This document shows, one piece after another, positions 7,983 through 14,994 of a DNA stretch of 14,994 bases (its first letter is position 1; each line of letters starts with the position of its first letter). The stretch spans positions 1-14,994 of the forward strand of contig JAYEOM010000055.1 in the NCBI GenBank assembly GCA_034722955.1. The letters are read 5' to 3'. The translations under genes were made by a program, and so were the position numbers. This stretch comes from Campylobacterota bacterium (GTDB taxonomy: Bacteria; Campylobacterota; Campylobacteria; Campylobacterales; Sulfurovaceae). A model generated the notes under the pieces. That model saw nothing but the letters and a program-made list of their open reading frames with translations, had not been told where the DNA came from and did no database searches.

Positions 7983-10487
7983 CTACTCTTTTGACCAAGA
8001 TATTATCTTCTCTTCGTACTCTTGATAGATAGCAAGACCACTAGCTTCATCAGTTGCTTGGATAGAGAGATTGAGATGATCTGTATATTGATCAGGGATC
8101 ATCAAAATCCAATCTGTCTCATTGAGCCAAATCTTGACACCATCAGCAGATGAGGAGCGCTTATCTTTTGCATCTTCTAGGAATTTACGCATCATTTTTC
8201 CCTTGAGTGCCTGTGAACATTGGATTTTTGTCTGATGGTAGTAGAAATCTGCTACCTCTTTCACAAGATCTGATAGCTTGGTATCGTGCTTGATGATCAT
8301 CTCAAGTATCTTGATGGTAGCATACATAGAGTCTCTATATACAGAAAATTCAGTAAAAGCAAAATTGCCATCTACGGTAGCTATCAAGTCATACTGTTTG
8401 AGCTGCTCATATGTGAAGTTTGAATATTTACCCTGCTCAATTTCAAGATTATCATATTTGATAATATCAGGAGCCCATGTCGGTAGGAAGACTCGTTTTT
8501 TATTCTCTGCTGTCCCATCCATATTCATGAGTGCGAGTACTACTTGCAGTGCTGACTGCATAGATAGTATCACTCCATTATCACAAACTATGTCGAGTCT
8601 TTGACCATAGGGGTATATCAGAAATCCTGCATCTAGCTCTAGGCTCTTGACGACACTCTCCATATCTTTCGTAGATCTCTTAACAACAGATTGGAAGTTT
8701 GAAAGTCTATCGCTATCATAATAGTTGTTGAAGATCATGTTGTCAATACCGAGACTGTTTAGGATAGATGGTAAAACTTCAGAAGCAGACCCATGCATCG
8801 TATCGACAGCAACACGACAACCTACACAGCTAAAGTGTCTCTTCTCGAAGCTATCTATAACACTCCCTTTGTAGTTAATGCACTCTTCTAGGCGGTGAGA
8901 CTCTGAGACTTGACCGATTTGGCTGAAATCAACGCGTCTAAATGACTCTTTGAAATATGCTTTTTCGATCTTTTTGGCCAAATCGCTATTGATTCGAAGG
9001 GCTTCATCGTTAAAGAAGGTGACAACGGTAGTAGTCGTATCTTCTCTATCTAGTCTGAAGTAGACTCCTGCAACATACTCTGGCATACGAGAGAGGTTAA
9101 ATCGCAGAACAGATGAGGGGATACTCTTGAGGTCTACTACATTGATACCAGCTGCAAGCATACCACCTACAAAAGCTCTCTTGAGCATTCGTGAACCTTT
9201 GTGGTGATCTCTGCCTATGAGAACAGTAGAGCCTACCGGTATCTGTGCAGCAAAAGACTCTGCTAGTTTACTGGACATTTCGCAAGAGAACTCAATATTT
9301 GTCTTTCCTACTACCATCCCATTTTCAAAAATAGAATTTTTATATCGACTTCCCAAGATAACATTGCTGCTGACGATAGATGCAGCCTCTATATCTTTGT
9401 CAGGCCAGATTGTGACATCTTTCTCTACGGTGACAAGTTCACCTATTTTGCAACCCTCTGCGAGGATGATACCGGCTGTCATTTTGGAGTTTTTATCTAT
9501 GAGATTGTTGTTGCAGATGACAGCCATATCTATCTTGTTGCCTTTATTGATAGTAACACTATCCCATATAACGGAGTTGCTTACTTTGCTATCTTCGCCG
9601 ATAGTGACATTGTCACCGATGACAACATTTTTGAGCTTGGTTCTATCACCGATAGTGATATTTTTACCCAGCACTACTTTCCCGATGATCTCTACACCAT
9701 CTCCTAGAGTGTAGGACTCTTCGCTATAGAGTTCACCATCTGGATAGCTGACTAGCTCTCCTGGCATTTTGAAGTTGACACGGTTGCTCATGATATCTTC
9801 ATGAACTTCACGATAGCTATCTGGATTGCCGACATCTCTCCAGTACCCTTCAGCATTGCCTGCCATCAACTCTACACCCTCCGCCATCAGAAGAGGGAAG
9901 AGGTCTTTGGCAAAGTCAAAGTTTTCATTTTTGGGAATATACTCTAGTATCTCCGGTTCTATGATATAGATACCTGTGTTGATGGTATCACTAAACACTT
10001 CACCCCAACTCGGTTTTTCAAGAAACTTCTCTATGGTTCCCTCTTCATTGGCTATCACGACACCAAACTCTAGTGGATTCTCTACAGAAGTGAGAGTGAT
10101 GGTGAGTTGTGATTTTTTACTCTCATGATAGTCAAAGATCTTTTTGAAGTCAAAGTCTGTTACCAAGTCACCACTGATGATAATGAAGTTATCGTCACCT
10201 ATATACTCTTGTGCCAGCTTTACTGCACCAGCAGTACCATAGTCATCATCTGGGATAACATAGGTTATATTCATCCCAAATGCACTTCCATCACCAAAGT
10301 AGTCTTGGATAACCTCTGGCTTGAAATAGAGTAATACAATAAAATCTGTAATCCCCAAATCTCTGAGAGTTATCATTGTATTCTCCATCATTGGACGGTT
10401 GACAACGGGAAGCATTGGTTTGGGTCTTGAGTTTGTGAGTGGCTGGATCCGTGTACCGAATCCTCCTGCCATGACGACGGCTTTCAT
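7983..10487 (-). CDS. Sugar-1-phosphate nucleotidyltransferase (mannose-1-P guanylyltransferase-like) + left-handed beta-helix + degenerate phosphohexomutase-like domain
   Basis: 834 aa. The N-terminus has AGGFGTR..PLT..RPKPMLP, GTAGAV, SGD, FLEKP, INTGIY and YWRDVG. Hexapeptide repeats follow (VVLGKNITIGDRTKL, VVIGDNVTIGEDSKV). The C-terminal ~450 aa has PGM/PMM-type elements (IGRD...SRML, VDTMHGS, DGVKI). SD AAGGAG lies upstream. Confidence 0.88.
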   Translation of the reverse strand: MKAVVMAGGFGTRIQPLTNSRPKPMLPVVNRPMMENTMITLRDLGITDFIVLLYFKPEVIQDYFGDGSAFGMNITYVIPDDDYGTAGAVKLAQEYIGDDNFIIISGDLVTDFDFKKIFDYHESKKSQLTITLTSVENPLEFGVVIANEEGTIEKFLEKPSWGEVFSDTINTGIYIIEPEILEYIPKNENFDFAKDLFPLLMAEGVELMAGNAEGYWRDVGNPDSYREVHEDIMSNRVNFKMPGELVSYPDGELYSEESYTLGDGVEIIGKVVLGKNITIGDRTKLKNVVIGDNVTIGEDSKVSNSVIWDSVTINKGNKIDMAVICNNNLIDKNSKMTAGIILAEGCKIGELVTVEKDVTIWPDKDIEAASIVSSNVILGSRYKNSIFENGMVVGKTNIEFSCEMSSKLAESFAAQIPVGSTVLIGRDHHKGSRMLKRAFVGGMLAAGINVVDLKSIPSSVLRFNLSRMPEYVAGVYFRLDREDTTTTVVTFFNDEALRINSDLAKKIEKAYFKESFRRVDFSQIGQVSESHRLEECINYKGSVIDSFEKRHFSCVGCRVAVDTMHGSASEVLPSILNSLGIDNMIFNNYYDSDRLSNFQSVVKRSTKDMESVVKSLELDAGFLIYPYGQRLDIVCDNGVILSMQSALQVVLALMNMDGTAENKKRVFLPTWAPDIIKYDNLEIEQGKYSNFTYEQLKQYDLIATVDGNFAFTEFSVYRDSMYATIKILEMIIKHDTKLSDLVKEVADFYYHQTKIQCSQALKGKMMRKFLEDAKDKRSSSADGVKIWLNETDWILMIPDQYTDHLNLSIQATDEASGLAIYQEYEEKIISWSKE

Positions 10488-10560
10488 AATCTATAGCTCC
10501 TTTTGTGATATTAACTCTGATTATGTAATAAGAGACTCCATTGCATAGTCTGAGTTCTAA

Positions 10561-10566
10561 AGTATA
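10561..10566 (-). promoter_or_regulatory. Candidate -10 box (TATACT) for the NTase-GH57-galT-glgA genes
   Basis: The minus strand reads tttttaggttTATACTttagaac in the only long intergenic gap (10488-10648). An alternative TACAAT lies at 10615-10620. The context is AT-rich, so a chance match is possible. Confidence 0.3.
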
Positions 10567-10571
10567 AACCT

Positions 10572-10602
10572 AAAAAGATAGAGTATTGAACCTATCCCTT
10601 TT
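10572..10602 (-). terminator. Possible weak intrinsic terminator after the CBM48 gene
   Basis: Minus strand AAAAGGGATAG-GTTCAATACT-CTATCTTTTT: a GATAG/CTATC stem extended by G-U pairs and ending in a U5 run, about 45 nt after the stop codon. Confidence 0.3.
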
Positions 10603-10648
10603 GTCTATCGATCTATTGTATAGCTAACTCTTTAAATAGTAACTAAAA

Positions 10649-10930
10649 TTAGAGTTCTAAAAGTGAATTTTCACTGCCAAATGGTGATGCTACACACCCC
10701 AACTCTTCATCGCACTTCCACTCATCTCCATTGATGCTATAGCCGAACTCATAAGATTGGCCTCCATCCAAAAGTCTTCTCAGGTAAAAATCACCATTTT
10801 TCTTCTTTTTCATAGGTTCACTTTTCCACTCATTCCACTCTCCTGAAACAGAAGCACTCTCTAGATTGTCTTCTGCCGGCAGAGTAAAGGTAACCCAAGC
10901 CTTATTCCCTTTTTTATTGATTTTTATCAT
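10649..10930 (-). CDS. Stand-alone isoamylase early-set / CBM48 (AMPK beta-like glycogen-binding) protein
   Basis: 93 aa with VTFTLP, ASVSGEWNEW...PMKKKKNGDF, YEFGYSINGDEWKCD and SPFGSENSLL, matching the CBM48/AMPK-beta glycogen-binding pattern. SD AGGAG lies upstream. Confidence 0.85.
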   Translation of the reverse strand: MIKINKKGNKAWVTFTLPAEDNLESASVSGEWNEWKSEPMKKKKNGDFYLRRLLDGGQSYEFGYSINGDEWKCDEELGCVASPFGSENSLLEL

Positions 10931-10951
10931 TTGATTCTCCTAGTTATAGTT

Positions 10952-11911
10952 TTAATCGAGCAGTTTAAGTGCATCGAGATACTTTTGAGGTAGTTGGTAT
11001 TTGTTGGATACTACCTCTTGAATTTCCATAAGTTTAAACTCACCATGTTGGTGAACAACAACTTTGTTGGAGTTATTGTGTGACAAGAGGTGGTCAACAG
11101 CAGCGATAGTAAAGGCAAATGCCATGAGTCGATCACGGACTGTTGGATTTCCTCCTCGTTGAATATGCCCTAGTATACTGACGCGAGTCTCCAGACCGAT
11201 CGTATCCTGAAGCCATTTGTGTACTTCTCCTGTCTGATTGGTGCCTTCTGAGACGATAGCAAGAGCATAATTACGCCCATCTTTTACCTCTTTTTGCAGG
11301 CGTTTCCCAACCTTCTCATAGTCAAATTGGGTCTCTGGGATGACACAGATCTCTGCACCACTGATCATAGCTGAGACTATTGCTAAATATCCACAGTCTC
11401 TACCCATCACTTCGATCAGAAATGCACGGTTGAAGGAGGAGGCTGTATCGCGGATCTTATCAAGGGCATCACGGATGACATTGAGTGCTGTATCTACACC
11501 TAGACAGTAGTCTGTACCGTAGATATCATTATCTATGGTTGAGGGGATTCCTACAAAGTTGAGTTTAAACTCTGAGCTGAACCTCTCCATAGCACGAAAT
11601 GATCCATCACCACCAAGTACAACAAGACCAGTAATACCATGTGCTTTTAGATTTTCATATGCCTGTTTACGGTACTCATATTCAAAGAAGCGTTTGGAGC
11701 GTGATGAGCGGACAATAGTACCGCCACGGTGAAGAATACCGGCAACATCAATATGTGTAGCTGGCTTGATCTTGTTGTCGATCAAGCCCTCAAGACCATC
11801 ATAGATCAGAAAAGGCTCCTCTCCAAGCTTGTATGTATAATCTACAAACTTTTTAATCGCAGGGTTCATCCCCGGAGCATCACCACCGGAAGACATGATT
11901 GCCAAAGCCAT
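10952..11911 (-). CDS. pfkA: ATP-dependent 6-phosphofructokinase
   Basis: 319 aa with SGGDAPGMN, RGGT, GGDGS (Gly, ATP-type), TIDND, EVMGR and LGHIQRGG. The start overlaps the pgk stop (TAATG). Confidence 0.95.
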   Translation of the reverse strand: MALAIMSSGGDAPGMNPAIKKFVDYTYKLGEEPFLIYDGLEGLIDNKIKPATHIDVAGILHRGGTIVRSSRSKRFFEYEYRKQAYENLKAHGITGLVVLGGDGSFRAMERFSSEFKLNFVGIPSTIDNDIYGTDYCLGVDTALNVIRDALDKIRDTASSFNRAFLIEVMGRDCGYLAIVSAMISGAEICVIPETQFDYEKVGKRLQKEVKDGRNYALAIVSEGTNQTGEVHKWLQDTIGLETRVSILGHIQRGGNPTVRDRLMAFAFTIAAVDHLLSHNNSNKVVVHQHGEFKLMEIQEVVSNKYQLPQKYLDALKLLD

Positions 11912-13131
11912 TAACTCTCCTCCTCTTTTCGGTCTAGATTGCGAAATCCAGGTAGAATTTTTCCTTCAAGTAGTTCAAGACTAGCACCACCACCAGTAGA
12001 TATAAAGCTAAAGTTATCTGCCTCTCCGGCTCTATCCACAGCATCGGCAGTATCTCCGCCACCTACGATAGTATAGGCATAAGAGTCAGCAATGGCACTT
12101 GCCAATTTAAATGTACCTTTGGAAAATTTATCGATCTCATAGATCCCCATAGGACCGTTCCAGATGATAGTATTGGAGAGCTCTATCGCTTCACTGAAGA
12201 GTTTGACGGTTGCCGGACCGATATCTACTGCACTAAAGTTTTCAAGTACATCTTGTGCAGGAACAACTTTGACATCGATCGGAGACTCGACTGAATCTGT
12301 GATAACAACATCAACAGGAAGGTAGATCTTGACACCGTTTTCCCGTGCATGTTGCAGTACTACCCCAGCCGTTTCGATATACTCCTCCTCATAAAGTGAG
12401 TTCTGCATATCGTAACCCAATGCTTTCAGAAAAGTGTTGCTCATAGCACCGCCGATGATCAGCTTGTCGACCTTTTTCAGTACTGCTTCAAGCAGAGTGA
12501 TCTTGGATGATATCTTTGCTCCGCCAATCACTAGTGCTATAGGACGGACAGGGTTCTCTAGTGCTTTAGAAAATGCTTCGATCTCTCGTATCATCAAAAA
12601 GCCTGCTACTTTTGTATGGACAAACTCTGTGATACCGTAAGTGGAGGCGTGTTCACGATGTGAAGTGCCAAATGCATCATTGACATATATATCACATATA
12701 GATGCCAATTGTCTAGATAGCTCTGAATCATTCTGCTTCTCACCCTCATGAAAGCGTATATTTTCTAGTAAAAATACACGCTCTAGTGAACAGGTTGCGA
12801 TCTCATCTTTGTATCCGGCAAAGTTCTCTACAAACTCTACTTTTTTGTGTAGCAGTCTCTCAAGACGCTTTATAATATGTCTGAGACTATATCTCTCCTC
12901 ATATTTTCCCTTTGGTCGTCCAAAGTGTGATACTAGAGTGATGGAGCAAGCGTTATGGTCAATGCAGTAGTTGATCGTAGGAAGAGCAGCACGGATACGA
13001 CGATCATCCGTGATATTGTTATGAGAATCTACAGGGACATTGAAGTCTACTCGAATCAAAACACGCTTTCCGGTTACATCGATATCTCTGAGACTTTTGA
13101 CACCATGCATTATCTTTAGATTGGAAGTCAT
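11911..13131 (-). CDS. pgk: Phosphoglycerate kinase
   Basis: 406 aa with RVDFNVP, SHFGRPKG, LLENIRF, NDAFGTSHR, GGAKISSK, WNGPMG, GGGDT and ISTGGGASLELLEG. Confidence 0.97.
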   Translation of the reverse strand: MTSNLKIMHGVKSLRDIDVTGKRVLIRVDFNVPVDSHNNITDDRRIRAALPTINYCIDHNACSITLVSHFGRPKGKYEERYSLRHIIKRLERLLHKKVEFVENFAGYKDEIATCSLERVFLLENIRFHEGEKQNDSELSRQLASICDIYVNDAFGTSHREHASTYGITEFVHTKVAGFLMIREIEAFSKALENPVRPIALVIGGAKISSKITLLEAVLKKVDKLIIGGAMSNTFLKALGYDMQNSLYEEEYIETAGVVLQHARENGVKIYLPVDVVITDSVESPIDVKVVPAQDVLENFSAVDIGPATVKLFSEAIELSNTIIWNGPMGIYEIDKFSKGTFKLASAIADSYAYTIVGGGDTADAVDRAGEADNFSFISTGGGASLELLEGKILPGFRNLDRKEEES

Positions 13132-13143
13132 CGTATCATATCC

Positions 13144-14790
13144 CTATATGTTGAACATTCGTTCGTAGTACTCTGCTGCCATTCGAGAAGAGTCAAAATC
13201 ATACTCCACTTCGGACATCGCATTTTTCATGATACTAATCCACTGTTTTTGATCATTATAGTAGAGTGGAATTATTTTATCTTCTAGGATATCCATCATG
13301 TGTTTGTTGTCTAATCTATCCTGCTCTTCGATAGGCATAGTGTGGTCTAGTGCCGGAATAGTAAAAGAATTTTTGCCATCTTTGGCAAACTCCGGATGCC
13401 AGCCATCATCTATAGAGAAGTGGATTGAGCCATTCATAGCTGCTGTCATACCGCTCGTACCGCTTGCTTCTCGTGTGATTCTAGGTGTATTGAGCCATAT
13501 ATCACTCCCCTGCTTGAGAATTTTAGAGAGAGTCAACTCATATCCTACAAGAACGGCAATATTATCATAGTAGTGGCTGATATCTATAAGCTCATTGAAG
13601 ATATCAATCGATCCATAGTCCGTAGGGTATGGCTTGCCTGCCCAGATGATCTGTACAGGCATATCACTACTGTTCACAATTTTGTTAAATCGCTCCAAGT
13701 CATACTTGAGAAGTCCCGGTCGCTTATACTCTGCAAAACGGCGTGCCCATACGATCGTCAACACATTAGGGTCAAACATCTTCCCGGTCTGGTCTGCAAC
13801 TACATCAAAAAGATTCTTTTTGAGATGTTTTTTTCTAGCATACAACTCATACTCTTCATGCTCATCAAGTGCTCGAATCAGTGTCTTATCGGTCCAGTAC
13901 TTTTTGTTCTGTGCATTGGTGATAGATATAATGTCACAGCGATTTTCGACACCTTCCCACATCTCATTGGCTACTTTACCATGGATTTTTGAGACAGCAT
14001 TGGCTATTTTGGCACTTCTGAGTGCACCGACAGTGAGACTAAAGTCATCACCATCGTAATAACCGCTCATCTCTCTGACAGTTTCGAGAGAGTGTCCATT
14101 GAAGAAGCCCATCTCATGAAGGAAATGGATATTGTGTACCTCATTTCCAGCCGCTTCAGGTGTATGTGTTGTGAAGACAACATGCTCACGCAAAGCTTCC
14201 ATAGATTGATAGTGTTTTTTATAAAGTTCATATACTAGAGGGAGTGCATGTCCTTCATTCATATGATATAGATCTACTTTATGGTTGAGTGCTTCTAGCA
14301 CTTTGGTTCCACCAATACCGAGTACTATCTCTTGAGCAACTCTAGTTCTCTCGTTGCCATCATAGAGTTTATGAGTGATAGTTCTTGCCAAATAGTCATT
14401 TTCATCTGTATTAGTAGATAGTAGGATCATAGGAGCTGTACCGAACACTTCAGGACGAAGCAAAAATGCTTTGACTCTCACATCTTGACCATTGATATTG
14501 ACTGTGACATGCAGATCCAACTCTTCTAGAAAATAGTAAAATTTCCTTGTATAGGTTGGTTTGAGTGATCGATCCTCGTTACGAGCTTGATCGTAGTATC
14601 CAAAACTCCAGAGTAGTCCTACGCCTACCATATTTTGTTTGAGGTCATAAGCACTTCTCATATGAGATCCAGCGAGGAAGCCCAAGCCCCCTGAGTAGAT
14701 CTTGAGTGCTTGATCGATAGCAAATTCCATAGAGAAATAGGCAACACTCTTCTCGAAGCGTTGGTCTATATCATAGCTGTGTAGATTCAT
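13144..14790 (-). CDS. glgP: Short GT35 alpha-glucan (glycogen) phosphorylase-family protein, 548 aa, with Thr in place of the PLP lysine
   Basis: Start reassigned to ATG at 14790 (MNLHSYDIDQRF; AAGGA SD upstream), because the track's 14928 start lies inside gap. Motifs: YFSMEF, YSGGLG, HMNEGH, FTTHTP, NAVSKIHG, ARRFAEYKR, AGKPYP, DIWLNTP, EASGTSGMTAAMNG. Confidence 0.88.
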   Translation of the reverse strand: MNLHSYDIDQRFEKSVAYFSMEFAIDQALKIYSGGLGFLAGSHMRSAYDLKQNMVGVGLLWSFGYYDQARNEDRSLKPTYTRKFYYFLEELDLHVTVNINGQDVRVKAFLLRPEVFGTAPMILLSTNTDENDYLARTITHKLYDGNERTRVAQEIVLGIGGTKVLEALNHKVDLYHMNEGHALPLVYELYKKHYQSMEALREHVVFTTHTPEAAGNEVHNIHFLHEMGFFNGHSLETVREMSGYYDGDDFSLTVGALRSAKIANAVSKIHGKVANEMWEGVENRCDIISITNAQNKKYWTDKTLIRALDEHEEYELYARKKHLKKNLFDVVADQTGKMFDPNVLTIVWARRFAEYKRPGLLKYDLERFNKIVNSSDMPVQIIWAGKPYPTDYGSIDIFNELIDISHYYDNIAVLVGYELTLSKILKQGSDIWLNTPRITREASGTSGMTAAMNGSIHFSIDDGWHPEFAKDGKNSFTIPALDHTMPIEEQDRLDNKHMMDILEDKIIPLYYNDQKQWISIMKNAMSEVEYDFDSSRMAAEYYERMFNI

Positions 14791-14824
14791 AAAATTCCTT
14801 GATTCGTTTATAATTTTTACTATA

Positions 14825-14994
14825 TTATTTGTTGCCGACAAAGACACACATATCAACCAAACGGCTACTGTATCCCCACTCGTTATCGTACCAAGCCAAT
14901 ACTTTGACTGTCTTACCATCAATAACATTGGTCATGTCAGGTACAAAAGTAGAGCTGTAGGTTGATCCGATAAAGTCACTCGATACTCTCTTGT
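14825..14994 (-). CDS. gap: Type I glyceraldehyde-3-phosphate dehydrogenase, 3' fragment (not in the ORF track)
   Basis: Manual translation: KRVSSDFIGSTYSSTFVPDMTNVIDGKTVKVLAWYDNEWGYSSRLVDMCVFVGNK* with the diagnostic VSSDF and WYDNEWGYS. Stop TAA is at 14825-14827. Confidence 0.93.
   Translation of the reverse strand, partial: KRVSSDFIGSTYSSTFVPDMTNVIDGKTVKVLAWYDNEWGYSSRLVDMCVFVGNK

Noticed and set aside
9530..9700. Short repeated DNA words (ccgatagtga, gatagt)
   Set aside because: They are explained by the hexapeptide beta-helix coding repeats and are not a CRISPR array or tandem DNA repeat.
10552..10664. GAGTTCTAAA repeated 100 bp apart (10552 and 10652)
   Set aside because: Only 10 bp, AT-rich and two copies, with one inside the CBM48 3' end. 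There is nothing element-like in between, so chance is a sufficient explanation.
1042..14059. All plus-strand ORFs of 60-165 aa
   Set aside because: They lie antisense to well-supported genes, have no recognisable motifs, and look like shadow ORFs.
14791..14928. N-terminal 46 aa of the 594-aa glgP ORF in the track
   Set aside because: It overlaps the gap 3' end in another frame. The ATG at 14790 has an AAGGA SD and lies just upstream of the conserved YFSMEF motif.
1..14994. Mobile element, defence system, CRISPR, tRNA or rRNA
   Set aside because: No transposase/integrase motifs, terminal repeats, spaced repeats or unexplained non-coding space. The helicase is SUV3-type and has no defence-type partners in the window.

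Overview
Gene-dense chromosomal window with all real genes on the minus strand. No mobile element, CRISPR array or RNA gene was seen. The organism is probably a Campylobacterota (Sulfurovum/Sulfurimonas-like), inferred from protein style and TGnTATAAT-type promoter signals. In transcription order (right to left): 3' end of gap (GAPDH, missed by the ORF track), a short GT35 alpha-glucan phosphorylase (glgP; probable start 14790), pgk, pfkA, a stand-alone CBM48/early-set protein, a 161-bp intergenic region, an 834-aa sugar-phosphate nucleotidyltransferase fused to a degenerate phosphohexomutase domain, a GH57 amylopullulanase-like hydrolase, a GalT-family nucleotidyltransferase, glgA, a SUV3-like helicase, and upp (also missed by the track; runs off the left edge). 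This is a glycogen/glycolysis cluster with non-canonical parts: (1) the phosphorylase has Thr where the PLP Schiff-base Lys should be; (2) no glgC, glgB or glgX is in the window, and their place is taken by an NTase-pseudomutase fusion, a GalT-like enzyme and a GH57; (3) PfkA has an altered effector site; (4) the helicase-upp pair appears to be a separate leaderless transcript.
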